DNA of 64,000 bases from positions 152,670 through 216,669 of the forward strand of contig CAVWFH010000008.1 of NCBI GenBank assembly GCA_963754065.1, given 5' to 3'. The notes beneath the pieces were generated by a model. It was not told the DNA's origin. It ran no database searches and saw only the letters and a list, made by a program, of their open reading frames with translations. Shown piece by piece: positions 29,891-41,383 of this stretch. A program made the position numbers and the translations under genes. This DNA comes from an uncultured beta proteobacterium. Lineage in GTDB: Bacteria > Pseudomonadota > Gammaproteobacteria > Burkholderiales > Burkholderiaceae_F. The first letter of the stretch is position 1. The number at the start of each line of letters is the position of its first letter.

Positions 29891-30030
29891 CGCAACGACT
29901 CCTCACCCGTCGAATTCCTCACCCATGAATCGATCGTGCAACGCTACAAGCGGCTGGGTTGCATGACCACCCGTCATTGCGGGACGCCACGGCGCCTATG
30001 GTTCCCTTGCAATGGCTGCCGCGGCATCCG

Positions 30031-30297
30031 TCAGTCCACGCACTCGATTCGATCCACCAGCAGCAGGTAGGAGGTCACCGTGCCGTCGCACTCGACGGCG
30101 TGACCCACGAAGCGCGTGAGCGTTGCATCGCCGTAGCTGGGTCCACCGCGCCGCCGCAACAGATAGCGCTGGTCTGCCGTCAGCAGGAACGGAGCATTGC
30201 GCTCGCTCTTGCTGCCACGCGCGAACTCGGCCTCGATGACGGTGCCGCGCAGTCCGTGCACGGCGCGAGGGGCGTTGTCGGCGTTGTCGCTCTTCAC
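30031..30297 (-). CDS. Small hypothetical protein (~88 aa), translationally coupled to the upstream C25-like gene
   Basis: The GTG at 30297 overlaps the TGA of the upstream gene (GTGA). The C-terminal part has protein-like composition (FLLTADQRYLLRRRGGPSYGDATLTRFVGHAVECDGTVTSYLLLVDRIE). The start is uncertain and the SD is weak. Confidence 0.45.
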   Translation of the reverse strand: MKSDNADNAPRAVHGLRGTVIEAEFARGSKSERNAPFLLTADQRYLLRRRGGPSYGDATLTRFVGHAVECDGTVTSYLLLVDRIECVD

Positions 30298-31823
30298 TTC
30301 TGCACGTAGACGCGGTAGCCGACCACTCGTGCAGCGGCTTCCTTCGCGACGATGGCGACACGCCCTCCGAGATCGCTCTTGCGTCGCCCCGGAAGCGCGG
30401 CAATCATCACGTGGTAGCGCTCGCACTGCATGCTCGCCTTGGCGAGCGAGCGCCGGGCCGGTAGACCACCACTGACTTCGAAAGTCATGAACCGCGCCTT
30501 GGCATCGAGCCCTACGGAACGCGCGATCGAACGCAGCGACTTTTCCACTTTACCGCTCGGCCGTTCCGTCGAGGCCCGCGATGCCGTCGGCTTGCTCTGC
30601 TGCAGCATGTCGCCCGACTGGCGCATCTTGGCGCGCCGCTCGGCCCGTGCGTAACGGCGGGCCTCAACGGGGTCGACACCGCGCGGCACGGTGGTCGGTG
30701 AGTCGCGTTCGACCGGATGGACGCTCGGGTCGCCGTAGATGCAGAACTGTGCCAGGGTCTTGAGATCGATCGGGTCCATTTCGGCCGACTGTCGCACGTA
30801 CTCCAGCCGTGCATCGAGCATCGCGCGACCGATCGAGGCGCCCTTGTGGATCTCGATCAGGAAGTACTGCGTGATCAGGTCTGCCGCGCCGTTGCCGCGC
30901 GCCGGACCATAGGCGATTGTCGTGCTGCCAAGGAAGCCATAGGCGCCCTGCGCGAGGTAGCTTTGGCAGATCGGCTCGTCGACTGCGAGCGCCACGGAGT
31001 CGTAGAGTTCGCCGCCATAGCAGCATTCGACTGCTGCGATCGTGCCTTGCGCTATCTTGCCGCGTGTGTGGCGTGTCGCCATGGCCACCGGGAACTTGCG
31101 GCGGTACTCACCGTAGAACTGCGGATCCGCCAGGCCCCCGTGGCAGTTGATGAAATGGCTCAGTCGACCCAGCGAACGGCTGCGCGCCGCGCTGCTGGGC
31201 GGCGAGATCGCGAGCGCGTCGTCGTTGCCGAAAATGTTCTCCAGGCTCTGCGCGGTCGAGTGTTTCCACAGCCGTACCGAAAGCGCGAAGCAGGGCGCGT
31301 ACTCCTTCAGCGGCCGGCAGCGGTAGTGCGTCGCGGTCGCCAGCAGCTTCAGCAGGTGCGCCGGTTCACGTGCGCCGGTCAGGTCGGGGAGGCGGGCGAC
31401 CACGCGCGTCGGGCCGATGAAATCGGCGATGTCGCGCGAGTACGCAGCGTCGCAGGCATACGGAATGTCGCTCCACGCCTTGGGATCGTCTTCCTTGTCA
31501 TCGGCATACACCGGGTTGGCCAGATCCTGATGCGGGATCACGTCGATCGAACCGAGCAGCATCAGGTAGTCGGGTTCGAGTGCGCGGAACACGCCATCGA
31601 TTGCGTCCTTGTTCTGCTTCGGATGCAGCGCATCGGTGACCACCGGAGCGTTCAGTCGCTTCATCGTGGCAACCGACGACAGGTCGACCAGTCGGGCAGC
31701 CAGCCCGCGCTTGCGGTCGGCGGCGATCAACGCGGCGACGGCGCCCATGACTTTCCGCAGGCCGGCGGCGCCGTACTTGGTGCGCAGTGCCGCCTTGTTG
31801 GTCACGATCAGCTTGTCCGTCAT
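30294..31823 (-). CDS. Clan-CD cysteine peptidase, C25 (gingipain)-like, 509 aa
   Basis: The N-terminal subdomain has the C25-typical block DYLMLLGSIDVIPHQ. Putative catalytic His (HFINCHGG) and Cys (AAVECCYGGEL) are in caspase/gingipain order. No signal peptide. ATG at 31823 (MTDKLIVTNK) preferred over 31847. Confidence 0.7.
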   Translation of the reverse strand: MTDKLIVTNKAALRTKYGAAGLRKVMGAVAALIAADRKRGLAARLVDLSSVATMKRLNAPVVTDALHPKQNKDAIDGVFRALEPDYLMLLGSIDVIPHQDLANPVYADDKEDDPKAWSDIPYACDAAYSRDIADFIGPTRVVARLPDLTGAREPAHLLKLLATATHYRCRPLKEYAPCFALSVRLWKHSTAQSLENIFGNDDALAISPPSSAARSRSLGRLSHFINCHGGLADPQFYGEYRRKFPVAMATRHTRGKIAQGTIAAVECCYGGELYDSVALAVDEPICQSYLAQGAYGFLGSTTIAYGPARGNGAADLITQYFLIEIHKGASIGRAMLDARLEYVRQSAEMDPIDLKTLAQFCIYGDPSVHPVERDSPTTVPRGVDPVEARRYARAERRAKMRQSGDMLQQSKPTASRASTERPSGKVEKSLRSIARSVGLDAKARFMTFEVSGGLPARRSLAKASMQCERYHVMIAALPGRRKSDLGGRVAIVAKEAAARVVGYRVYVQK

Positions 31824-31997
31824 CCCCTGGCCTTTGCGCAACGCCAAACCTCGGCACCATAGCGCTCGCTACGCACTTCGCAAAGTCCGGTGCCGCGTGT
31901 CGCGCCGCGAGTCCGGGCGCGCCGTCGGGCAGCGCTCATCCGCTAGACTGCGCGCCCGCGCGTCCAAGCTGACCCGATCCGACGCCGGCCACTTCCA

Positions 31998-33413
31998 ATG
32001 ACGACCGTCCGCACCCGCATCGCCCCCAGCCCGACCGGCATGCTGCACCTGGGCACTGCCCGCACGGCGCTGTTCTGCTGGGCATTCGCCCGCCATCACG
32101 GTGGCGAGTTCATCCTGCGCATCGAGGACACGGACCTCGAACGTTCGACCGAGGAAGCCGTGCAGGTCATCCTCGACAGCATGCAGTGGCTCGCCCTCGA
32201 CTACGACGAGGGCCCGGTGCGGCAGACGGGCCGGCTCGACCGATATCGCGCGGCGGTAGAGCGCCTGCTGGCCGATGGGAAGGCCTACCAGTGCTACGCG
32301 AGCAAGGCAGAACTCGAACAGCTGCGTGAGACGCAGATGGCGCGCGGCGAGAAACCGCGTTACGACGGTCGCTGGCGGCCGGAGAACGCGCGCGGCAAGA
32401 CGCCGCCGGCAGGCGTGAAGCCGGTTGTGCGCTTCCGCAATCCGGATGAAGGTGATGTCGGCTGGAACGACCTGGTCAAGGGTCCGATCGCCTTTTCCAA
32501 CACTGAACTCGACGACCTCGTGATCGCGCGCGGCGACGGCGTGCCGACCTACAACTTTGCCGTCGTGGTCGATGACATCGACATGGCGATCACACACGTG
32601 CTGCGCGGCGATGATCACGTCAACAACACGCCGCGCCAGATCAACATCTACCGCGCCTTGTTGGGCCCGGGCGCATCACTGCCGCAGTTCGGCCACCTGC
32701 CGATGATCCTCGGTCCCGACGGGCAGAAGCTGTCGAAGCGCCACGGCGCGGTGAGTGTGTTGCAGTACGACGTGGACGGATTCCTGCCCGAGGCGCTATT
32801 CAACTACCTCGCACGGCTGGGCTGGAGCCACGGCGATGCCGAGAAGTTCACGCGGGAGCAACTGGTCGAGTGGTTCGACCTCGAGCACGTCAACCGCGCG
32901 CCGGCACAGTACAACCTCGACAAGCTGCTGTGGCTGAACGGCGAGTACATGAAGGAAGCCGACAATGCGCGCCTCGCGCGGCTTGCAGCGCCGCGTATCG
33001 AAGCGCGCGGCGGAGTGCTCGCGAACGGACCGGCACTCGACCGCGTCGTCGCCCTGCTGAAGGACCGTTCGCGGACCCTGAACGAACTGGCCGACGCAGC
33101 CTTGCTGTTCTATCGCGACGTCGCGCGCGAACCGGCACTGCTCGCCGAACACCTGCAGGGTGTCAGCCGGGACGCCGTTCGGATGTTCCGCGAGCGGGCC
33201 GTTGGGTTGGTGTGGGAGCGGACTGCCATCAATGGCCTGATCAAGCAGGTTGTCGGAGAACTGAAGCTCAAGATGCCGCAGGTCGCGGTGCCGTTGCGTG
33301 TGGCCGTCACCGGCCAGACGCAGACGCCGTCGATCGATGCGGTGCTCGAACTGATTGGACGCGACACCGTGGTGACTCGGCTCGATGCCGCGCTCGAGCA
33401 GATCGTGGGGTAG
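31998..33413 (+). CDS. gltX: Glutamate--tRNA ligase
   Basis: Class I aaRS motifs: HIGH variant ([14 protein letters not shown]) and KMSKS (KLSKRHG). 471 aa, followed by a tRNA-Ala/tRNA-Glu pair as in many beta-proteobacteria. Confidence 0.95.
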   Translation: MTTVRTRIAPSPTGMLHLGTARTALFCWAFARHHGGEFILRIEDTDLERSTEEAVQVILDSMQWLALDYDEGPVRQTGRLDRYRAAVERLLADGKAYQCYASKAELEQLRETQMARGEKPRYDGRWRPENARGKTPPAGVKPVVRFRNPDEGDVGWNDLVKGPIAFSNTELDDLVIARGDGVPTYNFAVVVDDIDMAITHVLRGDDHVNNTPRQINIYRALLGPGASLPQFGHLPMILGPDGQKLSKRHGAVSVLQYDVDGFLPEALFNYLARLGWSHGDAEKFTREQLVEWFDLEHVNRAPAQYNLDKLLWLNGEYMKEADNARLARLAAPRIEARGGVLANGPALDRVVALLKDRSRTLNELADAALLFYRDVAREPALLAEHLQGVSRDAVRMFRERAVGLVWERTAINGLIKQVVGELKLKMPQVAVPLRVAVTGQTQTPSIDAVLELIGRDTVVTRLDAALEQIVG

Positions 33414-33426
33414 GGGAGCAGCTCCA

Positions 33427-33456
33427 TTGTGATGTCGATCTGAAAACGGCTATACT
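33427..33456 (+). promoter_or_regulatory. Putative sigma-70 promoter for the tRNA-Ala/tRNA-Glu operon
   Basis: TTGTGA (33427-33432), an 18-nt spacer, then TATACT (33451-33456). A GC-rich discriminator (CCGCGGC) follows, and the tRNA starts 15 nt further on. Confidence 0.5.
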
Positions 33457-33470
33457 CCGCGGCTCTCCGT

Positions 33471-33546
<76 letters not shown>

Positions 33547-33591
33547 AAGACCGCTTCCAAAGCCCGCTCACGCGGGCTTTGAATTGAAACG

Positions 33592-33667
33592 GTCCCCTTC
33601 GTCTAGAGGCCTAGGACACCGCCCTTTCACGGCGATAACAGGGGTTCGAATCCCCTAGGGGACGCCA
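33592..33667 (+). tRNA. tRNA-Glu (anticodon UUC)
   Basis: 76 nt, near-identical in pattern to enterobacterial tRNA-Glu (GTCCCCTTCGTCTAGAGGCCTAGGACACCGCCCTTTCACGGCG...). Anticodon loop CTTTCAC, encoded CCA. Confidence 0.95.
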
Positions 33668-33676
33668 GTCAATTCA

Positions 33677-33708
33677 AGGGGTTATCGGGAGATAACCCCT
33701 TTTTCTTT
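33677..33708 (+). terminator. Rho-independent terminator of the tRNA operon
   Basis: Perfect 10-bp stem AGGGGTTATC / GATAACCCCT with loop GGGA, followed by TTTTTCTTT. Confidence 0.75.
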
Positions 33709-33824
33709 GTGTCGTGTTTGGGTTGTGACTGAAAGGCGTCGCATTGACGAGCGCGTTTTCACGGGCGCATGGGTGCCGTTGGAAGGCCTCGTCCCGCAGC
33801 GGAACTCCGCAACACAAGTGCCAC

Positions 33825-34271
33825 TCAGCGGCGCGCGCTCTTCTCGAAGATCCACTCGTACTTCTTGCCGGCCGGTGTCTCCCACGACAGCACGAGATGC
33901 GAGCCGTTAAAGGTAAGGTCGCGCCATAAAGCTGAAGTGTCGGATAGGCGCATTTCCAGTTGGTTGCCAATGAGAGCTATGCGTACTCCGTCGTCTTTCC
34001 AGTACGCGACCGATTCGCCCGGTGCGAGTTGGCGCTTATCGGCCTTAAAGCCCATCAGCGGCACCTCAACCTTCGCGTGTCCAACCGAGTCGCTCTCGGC
34101 AGTGATCGTCATTCCCCCGCGCACCGAACGCATGTCCGTGGCTCGAATCAGAGCGTAGTCGCCCGTGAGGTCGCGCATCGTTAGTTGAGCACGTTTCGCA
34201 GGCGTCAAAGAAGGTGCGGAATCTTGAGTGACACGCCTGGCTTCTTTGTCCGTCCCGACTGTCTCGGGCAA
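33825..34271 (-). CDS. Hypothetical protein (up to 148 aa; start uncertain)
   Basis: ORF with protein-like composition (LEMRLSDTSALWRDLTFNGSHLVLSWETPAGKKYEWIFEK) in a lower-GC stretch. No motif recognised. The internal Met at 34178 is an alternative start. Confidence 0.45.
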   Translation of the reverse strand: MPETVGTDKEARRVTQDSAPSLTPAKRAQLTMRDLTGDYALIRATDMRSVRGGMTITAESDSVGHAKVEVPLMGFKADKRQLAPGESVAYWKDDGVRIALIGNQLEMRLSDTSALWRDLTFNGSHLVLSWETPAGKKYEWIFEKSARR

Positions 34272-34323
34272 TCATGGCGATTGATGTCGATCGGTGCGTC
34301 CTTGTCAGCACGCGACATCAGGT

Positions 34324-35280
34324 TCAGTGCGTTCGTGCCGCCAGCGGCTGATCGATGTTGCTGCGGAAAATGTTCTGCTGAAAGATCTTGCGCAAGGCAA
34401 CCTGCAGCACGTTGGCAACAACCGCGAGAAAGAGCGAGATGATCAGCAGCCCGAGAAAGGCCGTCACGTTGCTTTCAGTCGTTCCTTCCGTGACGAGTGC
34501 AGGGGCGCTTCCGATAGCCAGCACAGCAAAGTAGGAAGCAAACGACCTGCCTGAAAAAATGCTCCGGTTCAAACGGGCGTTGCGCACAGCGATGACAAGC
34601 ATGTAGCTGAAGAATGCGATGGAGCTCAATCCCAGTCCCGCACTCTTGTCGTCGCCCTCGCCGAAGATGCCTATCAGGAACCCGGCAGCCAGTACCGGCA
34701 CAAGGACATACAGGTCGTATCGTTTCAGCGGGAACCAGCTCTCGTCCCTGCCTTTCGCCGGCGCAGAAGGTGCGGAGGCTTCGAAACGTGCAGCTCTTGG
34801 TAGTTGGTTCTGGATGCTGGTCGCGGATTGGGGCGCAGGCTCACGGGTCATGCCGGCCGGTGCGGGCGAGGGAGCGGCCTCGCCGAAATCAATCTCGGTC
34901 AGGAGTTTTTCAATGAGCGACGCCAGGCGTGATTCAGGATTGGGGTGAAGGTTGACCCAATTGCGCGACGCCAATTCATAGAGATAAGCACCTCGCGGCT
35001 GACAGCTGGCAATCAGGACCGGGATCACGGTTTTTTGGAAGTTATCCGCGATCGCGAGCTCTTTGATGAGTTGGCGCGAGGCATTGGAGTGGTCAGAAAA
35101 GAGAATGACCAGAGCCCGGGCCGAACTCACTGCATCCACGATCTTCGATCGCCAATCGTCTCCACCCTCGATCATCTGGTCGTACCAGACGCTCAACCCT
35201 CGATCGGATGCAAACGTGACGAACTGATCCGCGAGCTGCTGATCGGCGCGGCAGTAACTCAGGAAGATGTCGCTGGCCAT
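34324..35280 (-). CDS. TIR-domain protein with C-terminal transmembrane helices (TIR-TM)
   Basis: N-terminal TIR_2 pattern: DIFLSYCRADQQLADQFV...GLSVWYDQMIEGGDDW...ARALVILFSDHSNASRQLIKELAIA, with the conserved Glu retained. The C-terminal third has 3-4 hydrophobic helices (YVLVPVLAAGFLIGIF, IAFFSYMLVIAV, FAVLAIGSAPALV, FLGLLIISLFLAVVANVL). Confidence 0.8.
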   Translation of the reverse strand: MASDIFLSYCRADQQLADQFVTFASDRGLSVWYDQMIEGGDDWRSKIVDAVSSARALVILFSDHSNASRQLIKELAIADNFQKTVIPVLIASCQPRGAYLYELASRNWVNLHPNPESRLASLIEKLLTEIDFGEAAPSPAPAGMTREPAPQSATSIQNQLPRAARFEASAPSAPAKGRDESWFPLKRYDLYVLVPVLAAGFLIGIFGEGDDKSAGLGLSSIAFFSYMLVIAVRNARLNRSIFSGRSFASYFAVLAIGSAPALVTEGTTESNVTAFLGLLIISLFLAVVANVLQVALRKIFQQNIFRSNIDQPLAARTH

Positions 35281-35502
35281 GTGCGTTCGGATCTGTTCGA
35301 AAGCCTTACACGCCGTTTGCAAATCGTTTGCCCAGATCGCTTGCCTATAGAGCGGTCGCAGGCGACCTTCCAGGTCGGCCCGCGGCCGGCATTCATCCTA
35401 GTCCTGCAAACGATGCCGGTCAGCACTGCAGGGCTTCCAAGGCACTGCGTGTTCGGGTGACCCGCAGGGATCGTGTCCAGATGTCGAGGCGTCCGCCGAG
35501 AG

Positions 35503-35534
35503 CAGAAAGAAAAAACCCGCCACATGGGCGGGTT
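35503..35534 (-). terminator. Rho-independent terminator after the PEP-CTERM gene
   Basis: On the minus strand: AACCCGCC-CATGT-GGCGGGTT followed by TTTTTTCTTTCT, 22 nt after the stop at 35556. Confidence 0.7.
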
Positions 35535-35555
35535 CGTCTTTGTGCGTTCGTGTGC

Positions 35556-36236
35556 TCAGTGCCGGCGGCGACGCGCGAAGGCCAGGCCGGCGAGGCCCAG
35601 GCTCAGCACCGCCAGGGTGCCCGGCTCCGGAACCGCCGTGGCTGCGAAACCGAACGTGAAGGCGTGCCAGTTCTCGTTCGGGGAGGTCGTGAAGCTCAGC
35701 GACGAGATCGGGCCAGCGAAGGACAGCACGCCGTGGAATTCGTCCATCGCCAGCGTATCGCCGGCACCCAGCACGTAGCTGCCGTCGCCCCAGAAGCCGC
35801 GGCCCTCGCTGTCGATCGTGAACGCCGTGTCGAAGTCGTAAGTAACTGTGTAATTCGGCTGCCCGACGCTCAGGAGCGCCATGTAGAGATTGCTGACCGG
35901 TGCCGAAAACGTGACAGTGATTGCTACAGGTGAGTTGAGACCGACCTGCTCGCAGGCCGTCGGCGCGTTGCTGACACTGCCGCCCGTATAGGCCGGATTG
36001 CCCGGATCGGGTTGGGTCCACCAGTTGCTTCCGCAGGCTGTTTGCGACGGTCCATTCATCGGGCCGCTGGTCGCCGTTGCAGTGACGGTCACGCCACCCA
36101 TGTTGCCCAATGCGACAGGACTGGAAATGGTGAGCCAGTCCGTCCAGGTGACGGGAACGGCCGCAGCACTGCCCGTCAAGAACGGGCTTGCCACCGCCAC
36201 CAGGGCACCTAGTACGAAGTTTCGTTTCGCCATCAC
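35556..36236 (-). CDS. PEP-CTERM sorting-domain secreted protein, 226 aa
   Basis: Signal peptide MMAKRNFVLGALVAVASPFLTGSAAA. The C-terminus VPEPGTLAVLSLGLAGLAFARRRRH is the PEP motif plus a TM helix plus a basic tail (exosortase substrate). Confidence 0.85.
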   Translation of the reverse strand: MMAKRNFVLGALVAVASPFLTGSAAAVPVTWTDWLTISSPVALGNMGGVTVTATATSGPMNGPSQTACGSNWWTQPDPGNPAYTGGSVSNAPTACEQVGLNSPVAITVTFSAPVSNLYMALLSVGQPNYTVTYDFDTAFTIDSEGRGFWGDGSYVLGAGDTLAMDEFHGVLSFAGPISSLSFTTSPNENWHAFTFGFAATAVPEPGTLAVLSLGLAGLAFARRRRH

Positions 36237-36461
36237 CTTCCCCTCAGTCGATCAACTACGTTGCTTGCAAGCACATGTTGCGCCAACCTATAGGAATCAA
36301 TGCTTTAGGGGCTCTTATGCATTTGGGGGAGGAAGACTGTAATCAATTTCGACGTAAATTCGGACACTCCGCTGGCATGCCCCGAGCTGTTTGCGCAGGC
36401 AAGGGCGGCCATCGGGGATTCGGGCTGGGAAGCCTTGGCCTGGCTCGCTGCCAGGCCCGGC

Positions 36462-37019
36462 TCAAGCCGGCCGGTACACCGCGGACTCTGAAGTTTGACC
36501 GGTTGGCGACCGGTTCCTGTGGCTGGTCGATCCGGGCGCAAGCGCTGCGTGTATCGCCGCTTCATCGGGCATTGCGTCGACACTCCAGCGCAGCAGGCGC
36601 ACACCGGCCGCATCGAGCGCCCGTTCCTTCCTTTCGTCGGCGCTGACACGGTCTGGTCGCTGGTGCGATGCGTCGTCGAGCTCGATCGCTGCAATCACGC
36701 TCGCATCCTTGTTGCACACCAGAAAGTCGACGCTCATGCGGTTGATGCGGTTGTGCCAAGTGCGCGGATCGTGGCCTTTCTTTACGGCCAGAAAGCGCGA
36801 AAGGCCGACCTGTGCGAGCACCAGGTGGTCAGGCAGCGCCTGGCACAGACGGTAGTACAGCACCTGTTCGGGTTCCGACAGGGGCCTGCGCAGGCTGAAA
36901 GGCCAACGACCCGCTGGAAGCGTGGACTGGGATCTCGCCCGCAACACGACGAGCGTGACTCCGGCGACGAACGCCAGCATCACGACGAACACAACCCCAC
37001 CCACAAGGACTTCCAGCAT
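36462..37019 (-). CDS. DUF2726-like protein (restriction-endonuclease-like fold) with an N-terminal TM helix
   Basis: N-terminal TM helix, then LSEPEQVLYYRLCQALPDHLVLAQV...RMSVDFLVCNKDASVIAAIELDDASH...RDERKERALDAAGVRLLRW. This matches the D...(D/E)xK-like core I associate with DUF2726. Confidence 0.7.
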   Translation of the reverse strand: MLEVLVGGVVFVVMLAFVAGVTLVVLRARSQSTLPAGRWPFSLRRPLSEPEQVLYYRLCQALPDHLVLAQVGLSRFLAVKKGHDPRTWHNRINRMSVDFLVCNKDASVIAAIELDDASHQRPDRVSADERKERALDAAGVRLLRWSVDAMPDEAAIHAALAPGSTSHRNRSPTGQTSESAVYRPA

Positions 37020-37187
37020 GCGTTCCCGAGCAGTCGAAATGACGGCCGCAAAGGTAGCCGGCGTCGTGGTCCGGCAAACGCTTGATGTACCGGGACTTCG
37101 GCTCCCGACTTAAGCGCTTGAAGTCGCGCCTAGGACGGGCTTCGGGCCGTGCCGCGTGGCGCTGGCGCGGTCAGCGGTCGCGCAGTA

Positions 37188-37682
37188 CTACCGCGCGGCG
37201 TTTCTCGCTGCGTGGGCCTTGGTGAGCCGCGACTCGGCATCGGTCACTTCCCTTTCCAGGCCGGCCACGCGTGCTTCGTACTCGGGTGACAAGCGGCTGC
37301 CGCCACCGGCCAGTCCGAGTCGTTCGCCCGGAAGCGGTTCGCGACCCAGCTCGAGACGTCGTTTGGCGACTTGAACTGCGCGCTCCGCGGCATCGATTTC
37401 CTGCATTGCTGCATCGATCGGCCGAACCTTGGGCACGGCCGCTGGCGCCGGTTCACCCAACGGGCCGGGCATGGGTTGCCGGGCTGCACCGCTCGTCGGC
37501 GTCGCTGTCCGTGCAGCAGGCCGCGGGCTGGACTTTGCCTCGCGCTCTTCGAGCACCTTTGCATCGGGCGGCGGAGTATCCGTGAACATGATGCTGCCGT
37601 CGGGCAACTGGACTTTGTAAATGCTCTGCGCAACGGCCAGGCACGGCAGCGCGCAGGTGATGGCAATCAGAAGTCGAAGCAT
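37188..37682 (-). CDS. DUF4124-like periplasmic protein
   Basis: Signal peptide MLRLLIAITCALPCLAVAQ followed by SIYKVQLPDGSIMFTDTPP (DUF4124 pattern). Coiled-coil-like C-terminus. ATG at 37682 chosen. Confidence 0.65.
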   Translation of the reverse strand: MLRLLIAITCALPCLAVAQSIYKVQLPDGSIMFTDTPPPDAKVLEEREAKSSPRPAARTATPTSGAARQPMPGPLGEPAPAAVPKVRPIDAAMQEIDAAERAVQVAKRRLELGREPLPGERLGLAGGGSRLSPEYEARVAGLEREVTDAESRLTKAHAARNAAR

Positions 37683-37863
37683 CAGGCAGTTACTCCCAGT
37701 GGGTCTGAAGGACGATAACCGGTCCGGCGCCGGGTCGAAATCACTGTCGGGCTGAAAAGCACCGCTCAATCCCACGTTTCAGATCAACGCCTTAGGACGT
37801 GAATGCGCTGACGCGTCGGCTTATCCACAGAGTCGGCGACCGCCGGGTGGCAGAATCCTTGCC

Positions 37864-41328
<3,465 letters not shown>

Positions 41329-41383
41329 TTGCCGGCAGACATCGCTCGGCGCGCTCGCGCGTCGAGGGGATGGCGCGACCGTC

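Noticed and set aside
21350-31847. Interpretation of the hydrolase/protease block as a prophage lysis cassette or a T6SS effector-immunity array.
   Set aside because: No holin, spanin, terminase, capsid or tail genes are present. There is no VgrG, PAAR, Hcp or other recognisable T6SS adaptor in the window. The interbacterial-toxin idea is not excluded but is not supported by anything visible here.
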